A stretch of 64,000 nt of DNA from NCBI GenBank assembly GCA_051362555.1, contig CM120643.1, forward strand, positions 9,424,001 through 9,488,000, written 5' to 3'. Positions 1-14,839 of the stretch are shown piece by piece; positions within the stretch are counted from its first letter, which is position 1; every line of letters starts with the position of its first letter. Source of the stretch: Lingula anatina (lineage: Eukaryota > Animalia > Brachiopoda). The position numbers were made by a program, and so were the translations under genes. Under the pieces are notes generated by a model. The model saw nothing but the letters and a program-made list of their open reading frames with translations, was not told the DNA's origin and searched no databases.

Positions 1-1762
1 CTGAAGCATCAATTTTTAACAGTAAACATAAGCTGATAATGGAAATCTCTCTCTCTCTCTCTCATTATCTCTACTAAATATGCTATTTTTTCAGGACAGA
101 GTCTGTACGCAAAATAAAAAGTATCTCTCATTTCAGTTACCGGAATAACTTACATCCGCTTTAAGATCGATTAAAAGTGTTCTTGTCCTAAAGCTTTCTT
201 TTGTGTTGTGTGTTTTTTTAGTTTGACCAGGTTCTGATAACGGCAAATCAAACCTTCGACCTGATTTGGCCGCCTCGCTTGGCCAGTTCAACAACGGCGT
301 CCTTTCCTCATTAGAAAACCAGTCACTGACTGACTTTCAGTCAGAAAGTCTCTCTGCTTGAAAGGGAAATTGTCCTTACAATGAATTGAAACTGACCAAT
401 CAATCATATAACCTTAATTTACTTGGTCAGGCTATATCTAGATATTTGATTTAAGCTAATGTATATCATCTTAAAATGACAGAGGGATCAAGTCTAAATA
501 TCTACAAATAGGGGCCCTACAGTGAACTGCAGATTTAAATCTACGTTTTGAAAATGGTTTCATGCCTTTCGTTCTAACAGTCTACTGACAACAAGGGAAA
601 ATTGTGAAATGTCTAATAGCTAAATATTTTCAAAAAAGAGGACTTTCCATTAAGACATTCCGTAAATATAGGCCTTGTTACTAATTACGTTCCAATACAT
701 GTCATATAAATTCGATCCTTCTATCCAAGACTTTTTAAATGGCTGAGTATCTCAGTGTTTAAGGAATATTTTTAAAGAAACAACAACGCTTACATGTAAC
801 AACTCACAGTAAATGATCTAACTCAGTCCATCCTCTTGTGTACTACCCTGTGCTTATCTATGTTGGCAAAGTATCTGATAAGAATTCCGAAATTCATTTC
901 TGTTTTGCAATTTCCTCGACAAAAAATCATTAATCCAACACGAAAAAAGGAAATACCCTTTCTCCTTTTTCTGTGATTGCATTGTCCCAGCAGCGTATAG
1001 TCAGCATACTTTCCTCATATGATTGACCAGTAAATAGATTTCTGATAAACTAATGATCCAAAGAGACCGCCTGGGTTCAATTTGTCAATTTAATGATTTC
1101 GGCCGGTGAAAAATCACTTACCGCCCGAAGTGGCTTTTAACATTTAGAATGGGTCTGCCTTGGCTAAATATTCGATCGTTCAGTCGATCCCAAAGTACAC
1201 GCGATGGAGCTGAACTGTAGGCACTGATCTATCACACTGTCATTTACGAGGACAATCGAGATGCAATGCCGGGAAAATATGGCTGCATTCACACCGCCCA
1301 CAGAAAGATCGAATCTCAGTCAGTCTGACGCAAGTAGTATTGCCACGTCAAGGATACATGCAGCACGCGTACGGATGGTCTCTTATAAGATTTTATTCCC
1401 CCTAACTACATTTGCGCGATGCGTGTACCGTGTATAACGGGATTAATTGCAATCTAATCTACTGTAACAGAGTTAAGTACGTACGTCATTTGGATTCGTT
1501 CGCATGCCAGTCTTTTGGGTTTGGAGCAAATGCAACCAAACGCTCTACATCATTCCATTCTGTTTTTTCAACGAATTAAGCACCCTTTTATCTATATAGT
1601 AGCGCCCGACATAACTTCCCGACAGAGACGCAGCATCATAGTTATAGCTTTTGAAATAACTGAATGTTGGTCTGTCATGCTTGGTATTTCAATCCCCGTT
1701 GCTGTGATCACCTACCGGCTTATATGACAGGCTATAACAAATGCACACACAAACGCAAGCGA

Positions 1763-1771
<9 letters not shown>

Positions 1772-1818
<47 letters not shown>
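1772..1818. repeat. (CA)n(GA)n compound microsatellite
   Basis: Read directly from the sequence. Confidence 0.95.
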
Positions 1819-3143
1819 TGAAAATGGGGCGCCGTTCCCCCACTTAATGCTCGGTACTAAAGAACCCTCACTGAACACGATGGGTAAGGTGGTAATTATG
1901 TTCATTTCGAGCCTACAAATGCAGCAGCACCTTATGTATGTTCAGAGGGAGTATGAAAGGTTCACGGAACCCAAAGTCCAGCTATTCATTGAAAGAAGAT
2001 GTTGTTTGAATCGATACTTTTCTTTTAGTTTTTATTCCCTTAGTCACTAAAATATAATTAAATGTACTTTAAGCTCATTAGACGATTGGGAGATCGTCAA
2101 ATTTGAGAAGATTGACTTAATGAGCCTCTGTTGATTGGAAATAGCGTAGTGAGCTGGTAGACCATAAATATGCACATATTTCTGTACGAAACGTATGTTG
2201 TGTCGATCTTTTCAATATACGAGGAAAATGCCTTATTGCAATCAGTTTTGTTAATCATCTTAGTCCTGGTCCTGACTAATAGTCTGAAAAATGACAGTAA
2301 GATTACCTGTCTGCCTTTATTTATTTATTTATTTATTTATTTTTTTTTGGTGTAATTTTGGTCTTTCTCTGGGCTCTTTTTATCATTATATTAGGAGAAT
2401 CTTACAGTACTGCTTGACATTTTAGTCATTATATTGGCTATATAGAGAAAAAACACTTGAAAATTGATTCTCCTTTCCTTTTTATTGCATAATCACTTTC
2501 CTTCTTTGTGATAAAAGAACGTTTATGTATTTCTACTGGGCCGCTTTATAATTGCCTATTGTCGTTAAATTAATTAAAGCGAACCTTACTGGCATCTTAG
2601 AATTTCAGTCGGACGGTAAGTGGATCGAGAAAATGGATAAAGTGAGATTTCTGATCCTTAACGTTTGCTCTTCCGTCTCTGTGTACGGCTTAGGCACTGC
2701 ATAATTGACACAGCATCTAATGTGGCAAATGAAGGGACATTTATCCTGTGAAATAACTAGCCTGGGCTCTATTTAACAACGAAAGTGACTGTATTTTAGA
2801 CTTCAGCTCCTTACCAAAGATTGTATGTATTCTTTATTCTGGATAAATCTAAGGTGATGAACAAAATTAAAGCAAGCATCTGTGTAAAAAAGTAAATCAT
2901 GTCTTATTTTTGTTAAACAGATCCACAGTCACCATTTAAATGTGCTACTAATGTTTAAACGTGGAACATCAAGATCTAACTTCTAGTTACGCAGGCTTAA
3001 CTCAATTCTGACTAAAGATTCTCAAGGCCCTGGAGAAATAGAAGTGCCGGAAAATAATTCAATTCTTACTGGTTCTTCAATCTCAAGACTTAAGCTTGAA
3101 AATAACGCTGACGACTTTGGCCTTTACACTTATTTTCTAATAA

Positions 3144-3347
3144 GAGCGCATTCAAAACAAAATGATCCGCGGATTAACAGATCCGCGTATCAAATATGGC
3201 GCCAACCACTAGAAACGTGCCGAGATTTAACTGCTCTTTCCCTGCTGGGAGGGTGCGCGTGCGAGGCAGGAATCCACCGTCAAGTTCGCGCCATATTTGA
3301 TACGCGTACTAGTTAGTCAGCGGATCAACTATGGTGTGAATGGTCTC
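3144..3347. mobile_element. PIF/Harbinger-like MITE (family B)
   Basis: taa|gagcgcattc start; cgcgtatcaaatatggcgc/gcgccatatttgatacgcg inverted repeat; related copy at 39080-39242. Confidence 0.65.
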
Positions 3348-4021
3348 TATCATGTTAACTTGCGCAAATGCAAATCGATGGAGGTAGAATAAAAAAATTG
3401 AACGCTTTCCAACAAATTCGTATCTCTTCATCGTACCACTGAGAGGGCGCAGATGTAAATGATGAACTAATTTACAATCCATTACGCAACCGTCTTCTGT
3501 GTCTGTCTTCAAATAACAGTGCTTCCTCATTGCTAACAACTTAATCAAGTGGCGCTTGATGGTGCCTAGATTTATATCAAGTGGAGCGATAAATCTTTTT
3601 ATGTCACTTTCTTTTCTTTTCAATTTATCTCACGTGAGTCATAAAATTTGCAAACTTAAAGACGCTACTATATCCTTGCACTAGCGCTAGCTCAAAAAGG
3701 TGAACTTACCTTTCGTCTGAAATTTTGTACCAGTTCGGCATTCCAAGTTGAACTGTATAACATATGTATATCGTATTTTCGAGTGCAAATACTGAGTCGC
3801 AGGTGATCCGCTCTTAAATCTCGTTGAGTGCGAATAATTGGACTTTGTATATATCTTTAGGTCTTTCAAGTTCAAAAATCTGGTGTAGCCAGTAGTATAC
3901 CAACATCATACAGGCATTCACTATACCATTGCTTGCATATATCAATATTTTACTCAAGCCACAATCCCTGTTTCACTGGCTTCTTGATTTGTGATCAAGG
4001 CTTGACATGTTTTTTTCTGTC

Positions 4022-4101
4022 AATATTTATATTTTTTCTATTTTTTCTTACTCACATGAGTAATATTTATATTTTTTCTATTTTTTCTTACTCACATGAG
4101 T
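4022..4101 (+). repeat. Perfect 40-bp tandem duplication
   Basis: aatatttatattttttctattttttcttactcacatgagt x2. Confidence 0.9.
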
Positions 4102-5717
4102 CCTAGCCATAACGTTTAATGATGAAGCCATCCCGCAGCCGATCGATATATATCCGTCCATTATCTAACACTCTTATATCAAACGTGAAAAGTTGAAATC
4201 GTTTAAGTAGATATGCTAAATGAATGACGCAATTGACAGGAACTCCCTCTTATGTGGCTACCCGCAGGGCTTACGCCGCTTTAATTTTCTCTTACGATTA
4301 TTCAACGCCACTAGGCTACATAATCCACATGTATTCCTACAGAATAAACATCATTCCTACAGAAATATCGCATTAAAATTTGACAATAAATGGCACTTAC
4401 GTTATTCGAGTACCAAATAGAAGTCACAAGCTCGCCTGTAGCAAATCCGTCTTGAGCTATAGTTCTTGGCTCATAAACCTCAACTGAAAGGTTACATCGT
4501 GCTTATGTTCTTTATCTGACAAGACTAGCTGTCTCGTCTGTTAACAGGGTATCTAGTCAACATCGAAAAGAAAGAACCATTCATCAATCAAAAATATGTC
4601 CAATTTCACAAAGATTTTCTGGAAACCGATTCAAATCTGTTCTAAAGTATTGTAACAGTCTTGCTTGCAAGCGTACTCATTTTTAACAATGCTGTATGGA
4701 AAGTGGCAGTTGCATACACAGTAGAATAATGCTTTTTACCCGGCAATGGCGTCATAACGAAGAAATAAAGCAGGTTGATTCTAATATAACTGACTCCTTG
4801 AACTACTGGTGTCACAATGTTGCAATCATATCAGTCATCCTACAGATTGTTTATTATTTGATTTTTGACATGATGTCATGGTGATTGACTGCATTATATA
4901 AAGTCCACGGCGTGTAATCAAGCATTGATTTTCATCTGATTGCAATCCACAATCCGTGGCACTCCCTGGCACTTGTAGTAGCAGACTGCAATCAATGCAT
5001 TCATGCTTATTTGCATAAATTATACCCTGCATCGAAATCGCGATCAAAATGTTGAGTATCTCGCACCAATTCAATAAGTTGCCCCCTATGTTTTGTTAAA
5101 GGGGCGTTACCAAAAGAGCACATGTATTAGCACTGTTTTTCTCACCTCATGCCAGATCGATATAGACAACCAGAGGAATCAAGGGTCTTACCAAGAGGGT
5201 TCGAATCATTATAATAATAATAATAAGATTCTTCTATGGCGCCTTACATTCTATCTCAAGGCGCCTTACAATAATGGCTAATATACTAAAATCATTAAAA
5301 TGACAATATTTTAATCTTAAACTCTCATTGGAAACCATTTAAAATTTAAACTACTAAAAATCAATCTTATTTAAATACATATATATATTTTAAAAAATCT
5401 AAGAGATATAGACAGAATTAAAAATGTGGGTCTTTATGACACGATTGAAAACAAAGAGAATAACCCTAAACAACAAACGCACGTAACCTATCCATTATAC
5501 CAAAGTTGGTGCCAACAGGGACAGGTTTTCTTGAAGTGCTGTCACACAAAGATTACAATTGCCCCTGTGAGTGCCAACGTCGCATCATGCTTATGAGATT
5601 CGCTCCATCGGGGCCTAGTGTGAGCGCGGCATGGAAAGGAAACTGGCGGGGTGTAATTTAACGAACATTTTACAATAGATTTAATAAATATCTCAGACAT
5701 GTCTCCAAATTCCAAAA

Positions 5718-5788
5718 ATAGATAGATAGATAGATAGATAGATAGACAGACAGAAAAACAGACAGACAGACAGACAAATGGATAGATA
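5718..5788. repeat. (GATA)n/(GACA)n microsatellite
   Basis: Read directly from the sequence. Confidence 0.9.
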
Positions 5789-8700
5789 AAAACAGAAAAT
5801 AATGACTGTCAAATTTCATCCGATATATGTATGACTAATAATGCCTTATGAAACCCATTACTGAGATTTACGTTTAATGAGTCAACGTTTAGTACGGAAT
5901 CCCGTGGATACAATTCGTTTTGTGTCTTGCAGCAGCTTTGATGCTTTTTCTTGGTAACTGATAGTCCCCCAGGCGACTTGGATAACTATCATTCTTTCTA
6001 CGGCTGATTTAAACGCGTGATATATAAGCCATATATTTGATAATCTAATAGCATTCTTCTGTCTATGTCTGGGTCGTTATACAACTGATAATAGATGTTT
6101 TATACCCGGATTTTCTTTTTGTGCTCTGGCTTACACCAATAAAGAATTCTCGAGTAGTCGTGTATGCATACCCTAGGTTCTAGATTCCGGTATTGCCAGC
6201 TCGATCTTGATTTCATATATAACCCATAGTAGCAATACCAGGATAAAAGCGACTCCACCACAAGGTATATTTAGCAAGCTAGCTTTTACGTTGCTCTGAC
6301 ACTCAGGGTATGTATGCATGGCACTAGGTTTAATGTCGTGCTCGTTCACCGCAGTGTCGTAGATACTGTTTGAAAATAAGAAAGCTTGATGAACACGCCA
6401 TGCTATGGGATCAAACTGAAAACAAGATGCTTTAGAACTGATAGGTACAACTTGCACAAAATCCATCTAATCAATTTGAGTGATATTATTCCCTTTCTGG
6501 TAACTTCTGCATGTAATTCAAGAAACCTTGAGCGAAACTGCATGAGAAGAAAAATCAAGCCAAACAATGTTGCATGAAAAAGCGGTCATAAAGGAAGGAA
6601 GTCAAAATGGATGAATAAACTTGATGTATAGATCAGCATTTTAACAAAGAACAACCTACCAGTATTGAAAGAGAGAGTTAAAAAGTTATGTTCATATGAA
6701 TGACTAGAGAACGATACGCAAAATACCAGAAGCAAAAAAATGAATGCTAAGAAAAAAAACAAGTTTAAACATAAGATGGGACCGAAGGGCCGGTTTCAAA
6801 AATACTATTTGGCGTAAATAAAATGTCTCAGAGAAATCGGTCGAAGATTTAATGATGTGCCACGTGACGCAAACAAAGACCATGTTTGGGTGTAACTTAA
6901 TTAAGGAAACTTTTTGACACAATGAGGAGCAAAACTGAAACTACCTTTATATCATGAGTAAATACAACACAGATACATGTATGATTACACACGTTCCCAT
7001 GCACACGAAATATATTATATTATTTTCTTTTTTGTAAAGGTTGCTTAGAGCAATGTTTTCTGAAATGTCATCACACAGATGTAAAAATTAATGAGCAACT
7101 TTGACAGGTACTCACCAAAAGAAACAAACAAGCAAACAAACATTTCAATAAGAATGCTTCACATTATAGATTGCTGCTACGCAGATTTAAAAAACACTTA
7201 TAATCAATTGCTTCGTGATAATTCCAACGACGTACATGTATTTCATCAAAATGTGTTGTCAGAAAAACCCTTCCATTCTACCCATGAAGAACGTCTGCGT
7301 GCATGTGCAAGTTTAGGCTACAGCACAGCCATGTCAAAAAACACCAAGGGCTAATTAAAACCCCATGCAATTCTACAAACAGTTTACGTAACATTTCAGT
7401 TAGAACATCTGGATGGTTTAAAACCCACGCCTCTGACGAAGACGTACATCTTATCGCGCCATGGGCGATAGAGAGAGAGAGGTTACAATCTACCTTTCCA
7501 TGCTGGTGTACCTTATAATGCGAACTGAAATCCATTATAATATCCTCAGAAAAAGACATTTGACTGCCTGCTAGCATATATATATATATATATATTACAG
7601 TAAAAATAGTAAACCTTTTTTAAATTGGCATTGCAGTTTCAGCACACGTAAAACAACTGACTTATATAATTCTTATCAAAAGTGATGAGACAAAATTTCA
7701 GACCTACACACCAGCTTTGGTACTCAGGGTGATTGCACACTTCTTAAGACATTCGATATGTGTATTGATCAAATGTAATTCTAGATGAGCCTCAATTGAT
7801 TTCGTGGCTTCAGCATTTTCTGGTGAACACTGGAGTAAGCTGGGATCAGAAAGACAATCTATACAATCGTTAAAGTGCAAGATCGTTAAAAAAAGACAGG
7901 AGAGCTGGTGGTGTGGAATCAAAGCTAATAGACATAAAATAACCTTGAACACTGTGCAGACAGACTTAAAGCTTGATAACGTGTCACAAAGACGGATCTA
8001 GGGGATTCAAAATTGCGTTCGCGTTACTTCGCTTCAGTTATCCTCATTGGCCTTAAATTGAATGGAGCTAAAATACAAGTGCGAACACAATCATGGATGC
8101 GATGCCATTCGCTCAAAGCCGAAGTCACGCCGGTCAGGATCTAATCTAGAAGGGGATTCAATATAAATCAGCACTTTTGTTTCGCCTAGGCATTCTTGGA
8201 ACTGCTTTGAGATCATCGCAACATGCCATTCTTGCCATACATATATCTCAGTAATTAACATGGCAACCTTTCTATTACTCAGATTAATGTCAGCTACAGG
8301 GGAATTGCGCATAAACACCGTTAATTGTATAGCGTTTAACCCAGCTGTCTTAGTGCTAATTGTAATATTCAATCGTTTATCACGTTGATGACATTATGAT
8401 ATCATTACAATGTTGATTATTATGGTAGATGGATATTAATGCATATGTCATTGTTATAATAGCATTACATGAATGATTTTTAAAAAGTTTCAAGTGTTTT
8501 TAAGAACTACCAGGAGCCAGAGCTTAGAGTTTGACCTAGAAAGCAGTTCAGAAAAAAAGGCACTGATTCACGTTACACTGAAAGGTTGACACCTTCATGT
8601 AATATTTACCTAGGCATTGACTTAAAGGGTTAAAGTTACCATTGTACAAACTCCCTGGTAGCACAATTTCAAACTTTCGTTGTACAAAGCCATTGGTAGC

Positions 8701-10957
8701 ACAATGCAACGCAACTTGTAACCTTTTTAGTTTTCTGTCTGCTTGCGGATATGTTTTATGGAATTTTTGTATCGAGCTGATTTAGACAGTCTTTTGATGT
8801 CAGTTTGAGAAATCGCATGGCGTCAGTAGTTTTGAGATAAGCTTTGAATTGTTTAGTTTGAAATACTGTTCATGATTTGATGGAGAATTGTTACCAAAAG
8901 CACTAAAAATACATTAATCATGTCAACCTCTTTAAACATATCTTACTTGTCATTTCTCTTCTTTCTTTCATTCATTCTTACTTTTTCAGGCAGCGAATCA
9001 TTTTTTAATTCTTTTGTTTTGCCAACGAGCTTTTTACCCCAAAGAATGTACGAGTATATCAAAATGGAAGACAAAGGGTGTGAGTAATCATTTATCTGTG
9101 TTTTGTATCCCTTTAACTAATTGGAACCGTCTTACAGACATAATTACAGAAACGCTGTCTTTCCTATCAGCAAGGGAATATGATTCATCTCGTATCTCCT
9201 ACTTTATACAGAGACAGTAACGGCTTTATCTATCAAAAGACCCTCGAAAGTGCATACTAGTCTTGGTAAAATCAGTTGAAGTGTGCCACAAGTGAGCCAC
9301 TTTACCTGCCGATGTTGTTTATTGTCAGTCCGCGGCGATGAGATTTCTGTGTTCTCTATTTTCCCCACTTTGTCCACTTGAAAATTCCGTTGGGCTCTCT
9401 GGAAGCAATTTAAATGGGCAATTTTCTAAGGCTCTTGGGCGTAGATTTTTGACTAATGGCGTGCCTTTGTTGAAACAATGTTATAACGTCAATTTATATA
9501 TCCAGTGTTTGGCGTCAACAGAAGACGGTATATATGGCAATACATTTTATCAAACATAAATAATAGCTTTGAAAACGGAACCTGCAACTTTACCTGTCTA
9601 TATGTGTCTTATCACTTACACTCTGAAGAGAAGTTTTGAATCAATACAGCATTTGACTGTGCCCAATTTCAGTCCACCCTTCCGAGGAGAGGAGAAAAAC
9701 GGACATTAATTGTTATTCAACCAATGCGTTTAAACCATACCTGTATTAGTTTGTTTTATGGTGTAGGAAGATGAATGACTACTTCAGATGAAAATTTGAC
9801 TCATCTTCATCGATTCCTCTAAAACCTAGGAATACACATAGACAACTATACCTGTCAGTGGTGTTCTTCATTAGTCAATCAGCCAACGTGTATCTTGCGA
9901 ACCATCTCCTCTCTCTCTTTCTCTCTCTATGTTTAAATATTGCTGTCAGTTCTGCTTGGCAAAAAAGATTACCGTCTACTAACACGTTCTTCTAAGGAAC
10001 TACCACAAAATAACCTTAAAAAGTAGTAAAAATAAGAACACTCACGTGTGATTTGCCCCTCCCCAACAAGCAAACACTGTGTGTAATTTTTGACGTCATT
10101 TGCATTAAAGGATCACAGCATCTTCATTGAAACGGACCTGTAGGCAACACAGAGACTCATAATTTAAATTTTCTTAGACGAAGATTAGGTCTTAAGACAA
10201 AAACAACGACATAAATTATATGCACAACATATGTAAAGGTTCTGCATTTTTTTATTATACCAATAAATGTGTTTACATTCAACAAATCCGGTTGCAACGT
10301 CCAACCTTCCCTAATCTTACTTTTTTATTGGACAACAAATTATTTTCTGAAGATAACAGGGAAACCGCCGTCAGACATATGACGTGTAGAGTAACCACGC
10401 ACAGACGGGTCCAAGAGATAAGAGAGAAAAAAACCTTTGAAATTCTAACACAGCGCACATGTACATAAACATACCACTCGCTCTTTATGAGCCTTCCTAC
10501 GGCGATGCCTGTGCAATGACTGACCCATTTAAAAATATATATCTGTAAATTGTGACTGCACATGCTTCTTCTCTTCTTAAATACAACAGCATAAAAGGCC
10601 AATGTGACTACACTCCGTGTACCTTCACCCTGAGCGTCAATGGACTTTTTATTAGCCTGACAGAGGGAAGAATATGTACTCTTCCTCCACATGGCACTTA
10701 GGGACAATATAAACACGGAGTATATCTTTGCGATTTTTTTCTTTTTAGAACGATTTGCAATTTTTCAGGCATGACAACTAAACACAATGGCATTCAATGA
10801 CCCAATTCCTTCATACACATCTGTAGGGTACACATCCATGAAATCTAGTCAAATAAATGAATAAATAGATACAATAAATAATAATATATTTTGCAAAGTT
10901 GACAACTCCACTGTACAACAACAAGCGTTATACTTGACAAAGTACAATTTATAGTAA

Positions 10958-11183
10958 CACCCCATTTCCATAGATTTTTAGATCGATCTATCCCTGTGGG
11001 GTGTCTCACTAGATTACTGTCAGCTTGGCCGGCTTAAGCGTCTGTCCCGCCTACTAAAAGCTGTAAGGGGGTAATTAACTATGGTGCCCGCTCGGCTGAC
11101 TGCAATTAAGCGTGAACCCCCAGGGAGTTAGGTCGATCTAAATCTTAATCTTTAGATCGATCTAAATCTCTGGGAAAGCACCC
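10958..11183 (+). mobile_element. MITE family A (Tourist/PIF-like), copy 1
   Basis: TAA TSD; tagatcgatcta palindromes at both ends; near-identical to 55627-55847. Confidence 0.85.
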
Positions 11184-11673
11184 TAATACTACAATGGATA
11201 CCACACCACGACAGTTAACAATGGTGTTATTCACCATGTAAATATACACATATCCGCGTAAAAATTGACTATGATGCTGCCTGTGAACATGGTACACTTG
11301 AACTACTGAGTGCAAGACGGCTCAGTGCATGCACAAAAATTGTGTATTAGTATATCAAATGAACTGGATCATAGATTACATTATCTTTTACAACCAAAAC
11401 AAAATGTCTAATATTCATTACGGGAACAGGAGACATTCAAAAAGACCTAAAATTAAAACCAAATGACCTATGAGTGACTTTTTAACCAGTGCGATATACA
11501 AGTTACAGAATCAACTGATAGACTTTTATTTCTTTTTTTAACCTTGTATTTTAGTTATTTTGTTTTAAATTTGTTTGCATATGTCTTTTAATATTCCTTT
11601 ATTCTTATTCATTAGTGGTTTTATTCAACTATGATGCAATGATTGTAATTATCCAACCCTTGGGTTGCAAGTT

Positions 11674-11709
<36 letters not shown>

Positions 11710-13918
11710 GCTTAACAGTGATGTTCCATAATTGTAAGCACGAAAGGTAGTTTATCAGCAGACCAAAACCGTCTTGATTTCAACGATCAGTAGACGCTCT
11801 ATGTGCCAGTAGCCTATTAAAACACAGGTAAATTGATTTGCTGGTAGACTATGGTTACTTAATCTACACTTGAACATACAAAGTGAGCATCCGTGCCCAC
11901 CTGCCACATGTCAGAATGAATGCCACAAATAGACAGACCTCTTGATCTCCAGAAATAAAAACAAATAAAGTAAATAGCAGGACAGAGCAAAGATGTTACA
12001 GAAAAAATTGTGTGCTCTGCTACTGGCCAAATTGATGTCATACAGTAGATCGACACCACTTCTGCCATAATAAAGCAGTCAGCTGTTACATAAGGCAGCT
12101 CCCAGGGAGGAGTCGGGGAGTGAGTTTGTGTGTATTGGTATATTATTATTGTATACCAAGTCTATAGAGAATGCCTTTGCTGCACAGAATGGTTGTTCAG
12201 CTGTTAAATACACCATGTACAACCTTGGGTATGGTGCCCTCCACGATTGTGCTTTCTTCTAGAGCAGGGGCAGATCCAAAGATATTTTCTGACTGTCTTT
12301 CAAATTATTTTTGTTGATCCATCCTCCATTCTAGATGGTCTTTCAACAGAAAAAATTAGAATGTTAACTTGAGAATCTGACTGTCTTCCGGAAAACCCAG
12401 AAGACGGCCTCAATCCACCCCTGAAGAGAACTACAGTAGCTACAGTGTATATATCCTTTTTGGCAGCAATACATTGGTTTTAACACCCAAGGGTTTGCAC
12501 TCTGTGGCTGGTCGTTTCCTTTCCTGGAAAAAAAATTTAAATTGTCATTAAATTCAATTCATAATACATAATTTATCACACAATTATTTTTACGTCATGA
12601 TGACATATGCAGATGGAAGTAAATGGAGACAGAAGACATTTACTAGTGGAAATTATATACACCTTGTTTGATTCAAAATTCTGATATCGCAGCAATTTTT
12701 ATTTTTTTTAATGAAACTAAGAAAAAGAAAGGAAACAAGCTGGTTGTAACTTCAAAACTTAGGGTCACTTGGCTATCATCAAAGTCATCCTGCCAGTAGT
12801 ATCACTGGCATAACATTGATAAACTACTGATAAATTACAAGATAGAAGGGATCTGATCTGCTTGGGTTATAAAATAGCTTCTGTTGAAATAATTTAGGTA
12901 ACCCAGTATGTTAGATTTAATGGTGAGAGGTGGGTGGGGGGAAAACCAGTTAAATTCAATGGGCGGTTGGGGGAGGGGGGGGGGGGGAGAGGGAGATCCC
13001 ATGTATTTTTGAGGACTGCTCCCTCTCCTGAATTTGGTTGCTCCAATAGGATGACCAAATACTATACTTATCACCACAAACAGTTGGTAAAATAATCATC
13101 ACCTTTAAGGAACAAGTTCACCCATCCCCTGTGTATCCTTGACTTTCAGTTTTAAAGTACATGGCTTCTTCCACCAGAAACTGCTCATCTTTTGGCCTCT
13201 TTGATTTCAATACTGGAACTCGTATATTCACAGCAGTGCCAGTTTGAGAGTTCATTTGCTCAGTGTAGTGGACAACCATTTGTTGCAGTATGTGTACATA
13301 CGGCAGCAGGTTTTGATGGTACATGTACAGTATTGTCATTTCATATCAGTTGCTGTTCAGTGTATGGTTGGGTCCTATCCTATAACAAATCAATAAAAAA
13401 TGAATGAAATTTAAATGTAGACTACCGAATCCAGATATGGACCAGTAGATTTTAGGGAAAAAAAATGAAATGAAAGATTTGGTTCTAAAAGTCTGTCCAA
13501 TTAACAAAATTGTAACGAAAGTGAATGAAGAACTTTCAATAGAAATGCTTTTTTAAAAGTGTTAAAACGGTCTTTAATTTAAGTGCCATAAAAAAATTAT
13601 GATAAGTGGTTTAAATAGCCATATATCAACAATATGATAATCTATATTTATCTATTTATTTGTTTGTGCTATGTTATAGTTACTATAGTAGCTGTGCTGT
13701 TCTTGATTAATTGTACCTTGTACTGGGTGAAGGTTTTTATCAATAAAGAATCTGAATGAGACTGAATCTATTCATATTTTCACCTTTAACACTAATAGTT
13801 TTCTATCTGGTCGTATCTGAGGCTATAAAGTTTTAAGGCTGACAAGGCGCAATATACAGGTCGAAGTTCACTAAAGCAGGTAAATGCACTGCATGTGTTA
13901 TCATGTACAGTAACCTTA

Positions 13919-14463
13919 GAGCGCATTCTCAACGAATTAAGCCAGGCTTTACAAAGCCGATGACCTAAAAATGGCGGACGTACATGAAAGCAAAACCGCC
14001 TAATCTTTTAATAGTCTCTCCGCCTCTCACACGCCTCCCCACACGTCGTCCCTGCGGGGTACAGTAATTAAATCTCGGCTCCGAACATTAATATTTCCGT
14101 GAATATCTCTGGTGATATTATCTCCGTAGATAGAAGATTCATTGCTGCTCTACGGGCCAAATTATTCCTTTTTCGTCTCTGTTTTCAAAGATAATAGAAC
14201 AGAGAGCTTTTTTCCTCCGATCGCCTTCAGCTGCCATGCTTTCTTCACCACGAGTTTAACTGATGAGCATGCGCACTTAATATTTCTCAGGTAGCTTCCG
14301 CATGGCGAACGGAGACGCGATTTAATTACTGTACCCCGCAGGGACGACGTGTGGGGAGGCGGAGAGACTATTAAAAGATTAGGCGGTTTTTCTTTCATGT
14401 ACGTCCGCCATTTTTAGGTCACCGGCTTTGTAAAGCCTGGCTTAATTCGTTGAGAATCCGCTC
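13919..14463. mobile_element. PIF/Harbinger-like MITE with ~160-bp TIRs
   Basis: TTA TSD; gagcgcattctcaacgaattaagccaggc... mirrored at ...gcctggcttaattcgttgagaatccgctc. Confidence 0.85.
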
Positions 14464-14839
14464 TTAGTGGCCTAGAATGAATGAAACTTTTCATCGATTT
14501 TTGTCTGAAAAGTTAAATGCAAGATGTTTCGTCTAAGTTACGGAGTCAAGCACTGAACAGATCTATGTACAACCTGGTACTATTTATCTTATCAAGGTGT
14601 ACATGTATAAAGGTGAACAATAAATTAGAAAGAAATTAACTTGCCTAAAGCAAAATATTGTAACCAACACATGACACTTGAAGATTTTGACAATGAAATT
14701 TCCTTAAAAAATGGTCTGTTTGTGGAAACTACCTGTTACTCTCTTTCTCTTTCTGTGTCTCTGATTATGTGACATCTGTCAACTTACAGTTCTACTCTAA
14801 GTTTTATTTCACCTCTGTCAGAGATAATGCATAGAGAAG

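Noticed and set aside
1515-10716. Numerous 60-145 aa ORFs in the supplied track
   Set aside because: No recognisable domains; many run through microsatellites or MITEs, many start at non-ATG codons, and there is no consistent splice-phase chain.
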